From: Deltaproteobacteria bacterium
GTDB taxonomy: Bacteria; Bdellovibrionota_C; UBA2361; JAGFJO01
NCBI GenBank assembly: GCA_024102635.1
Contig: JAGFJO010000078.1
Span: forward strand, 848-64,847
Direction of reading: 5' to 3'
Length of the DNA stretch: 64,000 nt
The translations under genes and the position numbers were made by a program. The notes below the pieces were generated by a model. It made no database searches. It saw nothing but the letters and a program-made list of their open reading frames with translations, and was not told the DNA's origin. Of this stretch, positions 1 through 7,309 are shown in pieces (positions within the stretch are counted from its first letter, which is position 1; each line of letters begins with the position of its first letter).

Positions 1-298
1 CCACAGGAGGGGGAGCACCGTACCCGGGGTGATGGTAGCGGCGAGGGCTCTCCACCTTCTCGACCGCGACCGCTACTTGGACGTGCCTCGGGGCGTAATG
101 CCCATGAGACCCGTAGTGACGCCGTCCGTAGCCGCTGGAGTAGCCTCCAGAGACATAAACGGACGACCCTCTTCCGGACTTGGCGTAAGTGACGTCGACC
201 GCCACCTCGCCTGCATCCGTGACAGACGGAGTTGCAAGCAACACCGCCACGACTGCCCACAGCATAGCGCTGCGGATCACTGCCATTCTGCGCTTCAT
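1..298 (-). CDS. Partial gene (start in window, continues beyond position 1): secreted Gly/Tyr/His/Ser-rich protein with N-terminal signal peptide (MKRRMAVIRSAMLWAVVAVLLATPSVTDA...)
   Basis: Reverse-strand frame from the ATG at ~296-298 is open to the window edge. It has a classical signal peptide (basic n-region, hydrophobic core, A-x-A-like site). An AAGGAA SD-like motif lies ~8 nt upstream. It is absent from the ORF track because it is truncated. The overlapping + strand ORFs 29..319 and 189..503 have no supporting signals. Confidence 0.4.
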   Translation of the reverse strand, partial: MKRRMAVIRSAMLWAVVAVLLATPSVTDAGEVAVDVTYAKSGRGSSVYVSGGYSSGYGRRHYGSHGHYAPRHVQVAVAVEKVESPRRYHHPGYGAPPPV

Positions 299-368
299 GA
301 TTGTTCCTTTCTGCGCTGAATGGCCTCTGGGCTACCTGGAGAGTGCACTCGCACTCCCAATCGTCAAG

Positions 369-423
369 TTGCCAAGAGGCCGGTTAACGGCTCTCGGGGA
401 GCCATTAACCAGCCTCTTGGCGA
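369..423. other. Long imperfect inverted repeat (18-19 bp stem with 1 mismatch, 17-nt loop) in the intergenic region between the sulfatase-family gene stop and the secreted-protein gene start
   Basis: ttgccaagaggccggttaa ... ttaaccagcctcttggcga, read directly from the sequence. No U-tract follows on either strand. Confidence 0.4.
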
Positions 424-616
424 ACCTTTTATCGCTTACTTACCCACACTATATTTATTACCACTTGCCGCTGGGTAATGTCGTAATCCTGTCAATGGCC
501 TGAAAATACTCGGCAATTCACTTCGCCAAAGTTCCCTTTTTGCTAAGAATCTGGATCAATGTGGAAGGATGAATAACTCAACAAAGAGTTCAGCGGGGGC
601 CGAGAGGAAGTTTTAA

Positions 617-2044
617 TTAGTCGAGGTAGCCCAAAGTTCGCAGCTGATCCACAGTTCCCGCGTCAAGCTCAACATCAAAAGACTCCGACTCGGGCAGCCA
701 CGCTAGCGGCGGATAGTTTTCAAACTCCTGCTCCATCTCCAGCCCTATCTTCTCGCTCTCGGAGTAGATATTTGCCGTTTCGGCGAAATCAATTTCTAAA
801 TCGTAAAGCTCTCTCTCCAGAGGACCAGTAAGGTCCTCTGTACGGATGTAGTGCCACTTATCTTCAATTACAGAGCGCTTCCACCACTTCGGCTCCTCTT
901 GCGCCGGGTGCCGAAGCCGCTCGCTTAGAAGCACACGGTCATTTCTTCTCTGAGGAGAGTCAATAAAGGAAACGAGATCCTTTCCCTCCCACCTTGCCGA
1001 TGGCTCGATAGAGAGAAGCCTCGCCAAAGTCGGGAGAACATCGGTAATAAGAACATTCTCCGCTATGCGAGCCGGATGGCGGCGCGGGTGATAGAAAACA
1101 AAGGGAATGTGAAGAACCTCCTTGTAAAGCGTCTTTGAATGTCCCAGCCTTCCATGCTCCCAAAACTCCTCGCCGTGGTCGCTAACTATAAAAACGATGG
1201 AGTTTTCTAGAATTGAGTACCTATGAAAGAGCTCCGATATCTGGCTATCAAGGTAGCGCATCTCACTATCGTATGCGCACACTGTCTTCTCCCTTTCGCT
1301 GCCTCCGGTTGAGGCCAAGCACTGCTTAAACCAATCGCCTCTTTCGAGATAGGGCGAATGAGGATCCATGTAATGAAGGTAGAGAAAGTATGGCCCTTGA
1401 TCTTTCACTTTATCCAGAAACTCGGAAGCTTTTTTATTAACCGCTTCTGCGCCTCGTGAACGGTAATTCTCGAAGTAATCAAAACCGCGATGAAAGCCCA
1501 TCGGCTTACTGATATTGATGTTATCGGTAACTGCTATGGTGGGATATCCCGCGCTCTTCATGAACTCGCCCAAGGTCTGTATCTTGGCGGGGATTCGGTT
1601 CATAGTGATCCCCTTCTGCTTTCTTTGAAGACGCTTTGAAGCTGCATATCCGGTGACCACACCGTGCTGAGAAGGGTAAAGAGAGGTAAACAGTGAGGCC
1701 GTTGAAGGCGCTGTCCAAGGGGCGGTGGCAAACGCCCTCTCAAATACGACGCTCTTTGAGGCCATAGATGATAGAAACGGCGCGGTATCCCTTGAGTAAC
1801 CGTAAAACGGGAGGTGATCGGCGCGCATAGTGTCTATCAGTACCACGACAACATTGCACCCTTCGCATGTCTCAATCGCTTTGGCCCCGCCCCTGAGAAC
1901 ACCAGGTTTAGAATAGAGATAAGCCGCAAGGCCCAAACCAGCGATGGCGATAAGGTATAGAACTTTTTTCATTGTTCGACGAATTCTCGGCTTCCCAAAC
2001 GGTTTATCACCCCTGCATCCAAGTGACAACCTTCGCCTCTTCAC
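617..2044 (-). CDS. Sulfatase-family (alkaline phosphatase superfamily, PF00884-like) hydrolase/transferase with N-terminal TM anchor. The CxPxR formylglycine motif is replaced by W-T-A-P-S. The likely true start is the internal Met at ~1972 (MKKVLYLIAIAGL...).
   Basis: Motifs VVLIDTMRADHL, YLHYMDPHSPY and VSDHGEEFWEHGRLGHSKTLY are typical of the sulfatase N-terminal domain. There is a hydrophobic N-terminal helix. The C-terminus ends QLRTLGYLD. Confidence 0.75.
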   Translation of the reverse strand: MKRRRLSLGCRGDKPFGKPRIRRTMKKVLYLIAIAGLGLAAYLYSKPGVLRGGAKAIETCEGCNVVVVLIDTMRADHLPFYGYSRDTAPFLSSMASKSVVFERAFATAPWTAPSTASLFTSLYPSQHGVVTGYAASKRLQRKQKGITMNRIPAKIQTLGEFMKSAGYPTIAVTDNINISKPMGFHRGFDYFENYRSRGAEAVNKKASEFLDKVKDQGPYFLYLHYMDPHSPYLERGDWFKQCLASTGGSEREKTVCAYDSEMRYLDSQISELFHRYSILENSIVFIVSDHGEEFWEHGRLGHSKTLYKEVLHIPFVFYHPRRHPARIAENVLITDVLPTLARLLSIEPSARWEGKDLVSFIDSPQRRNDRVLLSERLRHPAQEEPKWWKRSVIEDKWHYIRTEDLTGPLERELYDLEIDFAETANIYSESEKIGLEMEQEFENYPPLAWLPESESFDVELDAGTVDQLRTLGYLD

Positions 2045-2111
2045 TCCCAGGCCGCCGAAGGCGCCCTTCCATAATACAGACTAAAGCTATATCCGGTGAT
2101 ATAACGGCTCT

Positions 2112-2753
2112 ATGAAGGTGCTGTTAATCGATAACTACGACTCATACACCTATAACCTCTATCAGTGTGCAGCGGCGATTCTCCAAAAAGAGGGCGCCCT
2201 GAGCGAGATATTAGTTGTGCGCCGTGATGCTCTCGACACAACCTCGATCTCGTCTTACGACAGAATCATAATTTCACCGGGCCCCGGTGACCCCTCTGAA
2301 GATCGCTTTTTCGGTCGCTGCGCCGAGGTAATTCATACTTACAGCCGCTCAGTTAAAACTTTGGGAGTGTGTCTCGGAATGCAAGGGATAGCGCACTGCT
2401 TCGGCGCCTCGATAATAAAAGCTCCCTTCCCGATGCACGGCAAGGTGAGCAAAATTGTCCACAGTGGCGATGGCCTCTTCACTGGAGTGCCGCAGGGAAT
2501 AGGAGTAATGCGCTATCACTCCCTTGTTGTAGATCCCGTAATGCTGCCTCCTGTTATAGAGGTAACCGCGATTGTCTCTGACTCCTCTGAAAAAAACACT
2601 TTTGATAGAGGCTCTCTAACGGAGAGAAGCGAGATAATGGCACTCCGTCACACGGAATTTGACCTGTGCGGAGTGCAGTTCCACCCGGAATCATTCCTAA
2701 GCGAGCATGGTGAAAAGATAATGAGGAATTTCCTCCTATCCTGCAAGTTTTAG
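2112..2753 (+). CDS. Type 1 glutamine amidotransferase, anthranilate synthase / aminodeoxychorismate synthase component II (TrpG/PabA-like)
   Basis: Near-colinear similarity to TrpG: MKVLLIDNYDSYTYNLYQ, the catalytic Cys in GVCLGMQ, and His/Glu in GVQFHPES. It carries a ~15-aa insertion relative to E. coli TrpG. No partner trpE/pabB is adjacent. Confidence 0.8.
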   Translation: MKVLLIDNYDSYTYNLYQCAAAILQKEGALSEILVVRRDALDTTSISSYDRIIISPGPGDPSEDRFFGRCAEVIHTYSRSVKTLGVCLGMQGIAHCFGASIIKAPFPMHGKVSKIVHSGDGLFTGVPQGIGVMRYHSLVVDPVMLPPVIEVTAIVSDSSEKNTFDRGSLTERSEIMALRHTEFDLCGVQFHPESFLSEHGEKIMRNFLLSCKF

Positions 2754-2794
2754 CCCCTATCTTTTCAGTAGGTTGGCATCCATCATCGTGAATT

Positions 2795-2867
2795 CTTTTA
2801 ATAATATTAAAGTTGATTTTAATATTATTTTAAATATAATTAAACTATAGGTTAATTTTATTTAGAT
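2795..2867. other. Extremely AT-rich (~10% GC) low-complexity tract immediately upstream of the DUF2089-like gene
   Basis: ttttaataatattaaagttgattttaatattattttaaatataattaaactataggttaattttatttagat, in a ~57% GC context. Confidence 0.6.
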
Positions 2868-3158
2868 ATGAGTAGGTGGCTATCAGAACTTTCCGAAGAG
2901 GATACGCAGTTCATTAAGCGTTTCTTACTGTGCTCAGGATCTCTTAAGGAGATGGCATCACAGTACGGGGTTACCTACCCCACGATTCGCTTAAGAATGG
3001 ATCGCCTTATCGAAAAGATTCGGGTGCTAGACAACCAGGGGATCTCGGATGAATACGAGCGACTCCTGCGGGCTAAGATGGCCGATGGACGGCTTGATGC
3101 TTCGACCTTTGAAGCGCTGCTGTCCGCTTACCGGGCTCACTCTAAGAATTTTAAGTGA
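2868..3158 (+). CDS. DUF2089-like helix-turn-helix protein (lacks the N-terminal zinc ribbon often seen in this family)
   Basis: LKEMASQYGVTYPTIRLRMDRLIEKI resembles the DUF2089 HTH core. A membrane-protein gene follows 7 nt later, so the two form a likely operon. Confidence 0.5.
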   Translation: MSRWLSELSEEDTQFIKRFLLCSGSLKEMASQYGVTYPTIRLRMDRLIEKIRVLDNQGISDEYERLLRAKMADGRLDASTFEALLSAYRAHSKNFK

Positions 3159-3164
3159 GGTAGT

Positions 3165-4064
3165 ATGAAATCACTTTGCAGCCTGCTTCTGAAAAAGTTT
3201 ATTGCCGTTCCGCTATTGCTACTCCCCGTATCTGCCTTTGCAGACGATGCGGCGCAAAAGTTTGATCTTTCTCCGTGGGAGCCATCTTCTATCTCGTTTC
3301 AAGTGAGCGGCCCTGAAGAGGCGAAGCATTGGAGCTTTAAGAATAGCACTGACTCTCCCGCCTCTCTGACAATCCTTATTGTAGATAAGCCGGAAGTGCG
3401 TTCATCAAGCTACAAATTAAGCGGCAAAATAAAATACCGTGATGTAGAAGGAAGCAGCCACCTTGAGATGTGGAGTTATTTCTCCGGCGGCAGGCAATTT
3501 TTTACAAGAACAGTTGCCGAAACAGGAGGGCTTCAAAAAATCTCAGGCGACTCGGATTGGCGTGATATTGAGCTGCCCTTTTTCGCAGCCGAAGGAGAAC
3601 TGCCTGAAAAGCTCGCCGTTAATCTTGTAATGGCAGGTAAAGGTGAGGTCTCAATTTCGCCGCTTGAACTAAGCGCCATATCACCCAATGCCGGCTCTGC
3701 TCCTTCGCAGCAGCCTGATTCGCCCGGGCAGTGGTTCAGCACCAAGGCAGCTATTTATTTCGGATCGTATGGCGGAGCGGCTCTTGGCGTTTTTTGCGCT
3801 CTTATAGGCACATTGGCCGGGATGGGTAAAGGGCGGGGCTTTGTTCTTGCTGCAATGAAGACTCTCATAGCTCTTGGAACTCTTCTCTCAATAGCCGGAC
3901 TTCTGGCAGTGTTTAGCTCTCAGCCCTATGCCGTCTACTATCCGTTGCTTCTAATTGGCGGACTGCTGATAATTATCATCCCCTCTGCACTCGGAACTGT
4001 TTCGCGCCGCTATCAAGAAGATGAGTTGCGTAAGATATCTTCCATGGATATGGGAGCAAGGTAG
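3165..4064 (+). CDS. Membrane protein: signal peptide, ~170-aa periplasmic domain, three C-terminal TM helices; function unknown
   Basis: Cleavable signal (LLLLPVSAFADDA), followed by the hydrophobic segments AAIYFGSYGGAALGVFCALIGTLAG, LAAMKTLIALGTLLSIAGLLAVF and YYPLLLIGGLLIIIIPSAL. Confidence 0.5.
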   Translation: MKSLCSLLLKKFIAVPLLLLPVSAFADDAAQKFDLSPWEPSSISFQVSGPEEAKHWSFKNSTDSPASLTILIVDKPEVRSSSYKLSGKIKYRDVEGSSHLEMWSYFSGGRQFFTRTVAETGGLQKISGDSDWRDIELPFFAAEGELPEKLAVNLVMAGKGEVSISPLELSAISPNAGSAPSQQPDSPGQWFSTKAAIYFGSYGGAALGVFCALIGTLAGMGKGRGFVLAAMKTLIALGTLLSIAGLLAVFSSQPYAVYYPLLLIGGLLIIIIPSALGTVSRRYQEDELRKISSMDMGAR

Positions 4065-4068
4065 TGCT

Positions 4069-5130
4069 TCACTGCCGACCGAGCAGCGCTTCGAATCTGT
4101 CGGCCACCTTCTCCCAGCCAAGCTCACTTTTTGCGCGCTGAAGGCAGCTTTCTGATAAGGTTTTAAGTTTAACGGCGTCAGAAAGCAGTCCATCGACTGC
4201 AGCGATAAACCGCTCTTGATAGGCGGAGGACGATGGGTCTCCATCGATTAAGATCCCGTTCTCTCCGACCGTCTCAGGGAGCGCCGAATTGTTGCTCGCC
4301 ACAACAGGGCAGCCGGCTGCCTGCGCCTCAAGCGCTACTATGCAGCAGGTTTCATGCACGATATTCGGATACACTAGAACAGCCGACTTCATCATCTCCG
4401 TAGCGAGCTCTTTTTGCGTAACATTTTCATGAATAACAACTCCGGGCCGATTCTCGAGCTGGCTTAAAATGGCTTTCTCCTGCGCCGCCTCCGGCCCTTG
4501 AAACGGTTGCTCTCGATCGTAAATTTTCATCCCCGCAAAGATGTGGAGCTCTGCCTCTGGATGTTTATGGCGAATCCTCTCGAAAATGGGCGGCATATAC
4601 TGTAGGCCGCGGTATGCGGCCGAGGCATAGATCAGCCGCTTCGGCTCACGCGCCACATCGCCTTTGAAATAAGGGAGATGCGCGCCGTTTCCTATCACCT
4701 TTATCTTCTCGATTGGAAAGCCGCTGCTTTGCGCCAGGCTTTCGGCCTGCCACTTACTTACCGCAAGCAGAGCGTCAAGTTTTGCCGCCAGCCGCTTATC
4801 CCCTATACCGAAATTTGCGTACTGGTCGGGGCCGTCACCTGTCCAGAAAAATAACTTCTTAAAGGAAGCTCCGTAATACGCCGCCCTCCAGAACTGTACA
4901 ATCACCAAGAGATCATATGTCCCAAGTTCAAGAAGCTTCCCGTGAAAAAAATATGGAACTTCTGACGGAGGCGGATCTTTCATAGCAGTAAGCACCGAAA
5001 CATCGTGCCCACGCCCGTACAGCTCTTCGGCCAGGCGGATTAGCGCCGTCTCTGTGCCCCCTAATGGGCGCTCCTCCAGGGAGCCGCCATGAATCGGGAT
5101 TGAATTTCCTGCATAAAATCCGATCTTCAT
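4069..5130 (-). CDS. Glycosyltransferase family 1 (GT4-type, GT-B fold)
   Basis: Motif ETCCIVALEAQAAGCPVVAS and overall GT1 C-terminal domain pattern. Confidence 0.75.
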   Translation of the reverse strand: MKIGFYAGNSIPIHGGSLEERPLGGTETALIRLAEELYGRGHDVSVLTAMKDPPPSEVPYFFHGKLLELGTYDLLVIVQFWRAAYYGASFKKLFFWTGDGPDQYANFGIGDKRLAAKLDALLAVSKWQAESLAQSSGFPIEKIKVIGNGAHLPYFKGDVAREPKRLIYASAAYRGLQYMPPIFERIRHKHPEAELHIFAGMKIYDREQPFQGPEAAQEKAILSQLENRPGVVIHENVTQKELATEMMKSAVLVYPNIVHETCCIVALEAQAAGCPVVASNNSALPETVGENGILIDGDPSSSAYQERFIAAVDGLLSDAVKLKTLSESCLQRAKSELGWEKVADRFEALLGRQ

Positions 5131-5229
5131 CTCTTTTGAGAACCGCTTTAATTATCGTAAGTGGCCAATTCAGCTCCTTGTTATATCATGGACAGGCTTA
5201 ATGAATTGGCAGCAATTTTAGTATAAACG

Positions 5230-6387
5230 ATGGCGGCATCCGCGAAACCTAAAGTTCTTTACCTTTTGCACGCTTACTTTAACAAGGGCGGCACCGAGCA
5301 GCACACTCGCCATCTTGAGGCGGGGCTTGCAAACTCGTTCGATATCACTATAGCCGCGCCGCACCTAAATGAAATCGTCTTACTTAAAGATGGCACTGTG
5401 CGGCAGAAATATCAGAGCCAGATGGTCCCTTGGCCTGTAACCCCGCTTAATTGGGAGGTGGCCGAAGAGGCTCTGCAAAAGATAGTAACCGCAGTAAAGC
5501 CGGATCTGGTGCATGTGCAGCACTTTTTTAACTGGCCCCTTGCATCGATTGATTATCTCAGTACCTTGGGAGTGCCCTCCGTTCTTTCCCTTCACGATTA
5601 CTACCTCATATCTCCCTACTACACCTTGGAAGGCGCCGCCGAAAGCGCAAGCAGATCTATCAAAGCGTGTGTTGAGACTTTTGGCTGTGACATCACTTTG
5701 TATCTTCAAACTAGGGTGGAGTATTTAAGAGAGTGCTTGCAGCAGTTCTCGAAAATAATATGCCCCTCGATGTTTTTGACGGAAAAGCTGCGCCCCTATT
5801 TCGATCTTGATTTTCAGGTCATAGAGCACGGCATTCCCCCATTCCGTGAAAAAGTGGCTCGCCCAGAGAGCTCTAAACTCCGTTTCGGATATGTGGGAGC
5901 CCTTCTTCCGCAAAAAGGGTGGCAGATCTGCGCAGAGGCTTTCAAAGAACTTAAGCGCGAGCGCCCTGACATCGAGCTTCATATATTCGGCGGAGGCCAC
6001 CCCGACGAAGAGGAGAAACTGAAGTCAGATTCCGCACTCATATTTCACGGAGCATACGAGAGCAAAGATCTGCCGGAGATCTGTTCAAAAATTGATGTGG
6101 CGGTGATTCCCTCGATTTTTGCCGAGACCTACAGCCTTGTTCTCTCCGAGATGTGGGAAGGAGGAGTTCAAGTAGCCGCTTCCGGCATCGGTACGCTTGG
6201 GGAGCGAATTATCGATAAGAAAAACGGGCGACACTTCACAGCCGGTGACAAAGATTCTCTTAAGAGCGTCCTTAGATGGTTCGCTGAGAACAGCGAATGG
6301 CGAAAGTGGGAGGTTGAGCGGCCTAAGGCATTGGAGAAGATGATTGCGGAGTACAGAGCGCTGTATCTGGATTTATTGTCTAACTAA
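5230..6387 (+). CDS. Glycosyltransferase family 1 (GT4-type), divergent from the preceding GT
   Basis: FAETYSLVLSEMWEGGVQVAASGIGTLGERI is a GT4 EX7E-type motif region. Confidence 0.75.
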   Translation: MAASAKPKVLYLLHAYFNKGGTEQHTRHLEAGLANSFDITIAAPHLNEIVLLKDGTVRQKYQSQMVPWPVTPLNWEVAEEALQKIVTAVKPDLVHVQHFFNWPLASIDYLSTLGVPSVLSLHDYYLISPYYTLEGAAESASRSIKACVETFGCDITLYLQTRVEYLRECLQQFSKIICPSMFLTEKLRPYFDLDFQVIEHGIPPFREKVARPESSKLRFGYVGALLPQKGWQICAEAFKELKRERPDIELHIFGGGHPDEEEKLKSDSALIFHGAYESKDLPEICSKIDVAVIPSIFAETYSLVLSEMWEGGVQVAASGIGTLGERIIDKKNGRHFTAGDKDSLKSVLRWFAENSEWRKWEVERPKALEKMIAEYRALYLDLLSN

Positions 6388-6403
6388 GCCCGGGTTTAAA
6401 TCG

Positions 6404-6583
6404 ATGCTAATGAAAGTTTTCATACTAGCCGCGCTTATCTTCATAATACTAATGGCAGCCAGAATCGCCGGCCGCATGCGGATGGGCCCTGCGCGAAGAA
6501 TCTGCCCGAGCTGCGGAAGTGAGCTGGAATACGACCCTTTTGAAAGCGCTCTTAAATGTTCAAAATGCGCTAAAAACGGCTGA
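6404..6583 (+). CDS. Small protein: one TM helix plus C-terminal CxxC...CxxC zinc-ribbon (start placed at an internal Met; the ORF track starts at 6344 and overlaps the GT gene)
   Basis: MLMKVFILAALIFIILMAARIAG ... CPSCGSELEYDPFESALKCSKCAKNG. No strong RBS was found. Confidence 0.3.
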   Translation: MLMKVFILAALIFIILMAARIAGRMRMGPARRICPSCGSELEYDPFESALKCSKCAKNG

Positions 6584-6692
6584 TAAGTGCTCCTGCCATA
6601 TGCCTTTGAATCATTGATTTCTGCCGTAGTTTAAGCCAATTACCCGTTCTAACTCTCTTTTCCTTAAAACGGTATAATGCTAGCCTTACCCC

Positions 6693-7277
6693 ATGAGCGA
6701 AATTCACTCACCATATCCGCAGCCGCCTCAACCTGACTCGTCGGGGTTTTTTGTTACCCGCCTTGAGAGCGCCTTAGGATGGGCACGGAAGTACTCCCTG
6801 TTCTCATACCCGTTTGTCACAGCATGCTGCGGCATGGAGTTTATGGCCGTCAGCTGTTCGCACTACGATACTGACCGCTTCGGCGCAGCTCTCCCCCGTT
6901 TCACTCCCCGGCAAGCAGATCTTCTCTGGGTAGTGGGAACTATCAACCACAAGCTGGCTCCTGTTCTAGTGCGAATTTATGAACAGATGGCTGAGCCTAA
7001 ATGGGTTATCGCTTTCGGCGCATGCGCCTCCTCCGGCGGATTCTATGACAACTACGCAACCCTAGCAGGAATCGACAAACTTATCCCGGTAGATATGTAT
7101 ATCCCCGGCTGCCCACCGCGGCCAGAAACGGTGCTTGACGCACTAATGAAGCTTCAAGCCGATATCCACCGCTCACGCCAGCCGATTAGCGGTTCGCACG
7201 GCGGAGCGCAGGCACATCCTGAGCTGCCTGAGATTTTGGGTGATGAGATTGACTCACGGGTTGTGCCGCCGGTGTAA
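6693..7277 (+). CDS. nuoB: NuoB / NdhK-family [4Fe-4S] protein (NADH-quinone oxidoreductase subunit B-like, also related to hydrogenase small subunits). No other nuo genes are adjacent.
   Basis: All four N2-cluster cysteines are present (CCGMEF, GACASSGG, GCPPRPE). It is colinear with NuoB and carries a ~40-aa C-terminal extension. A TATAAT -10 box lies ~15 nt upstream. Confidence 0.8.
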   Translation: MSEIHSPYPQPPQPDSSGFFVTRLESALGWARKYSLFSYPFVTACCGMEFMAVSCSHYDTDRFGAALPRFTPRQADLLWVVGTINHKLAPVLVRIYEQMAEPKWVIAFGACASSGGFYDNYATLAGIDKLIPVDMYIPGCPPRPETVLDALMKLQADIHRSRQPISGSHGGAQAHPELPEILGDEIDSRVVPPV

Positions 7278-7309
7278 CGCGGGCTGGCTCCTCTTTGATG
7301 GATGATGGG

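Noticed and set aside
29-503. Two overlapping + strand ORFs (29..319, 189..503) at the left edge
   Set aside because: They have no RBS and low-complexity Arg/Ala/His-rich translations. The opposite strand carries a far more convincing secreted-protein gene (signal peptide plus SD) running off the window edge.
2112-2753. GVCLGMQ instead of the usual GVCLGHQ in the amidotransferase, as a possible inactivating change
   Set aside because: The catalytic His/Glu of class I GATases are in the later HPE motif (GVQFHPES present). The substituted His is not catalytic.
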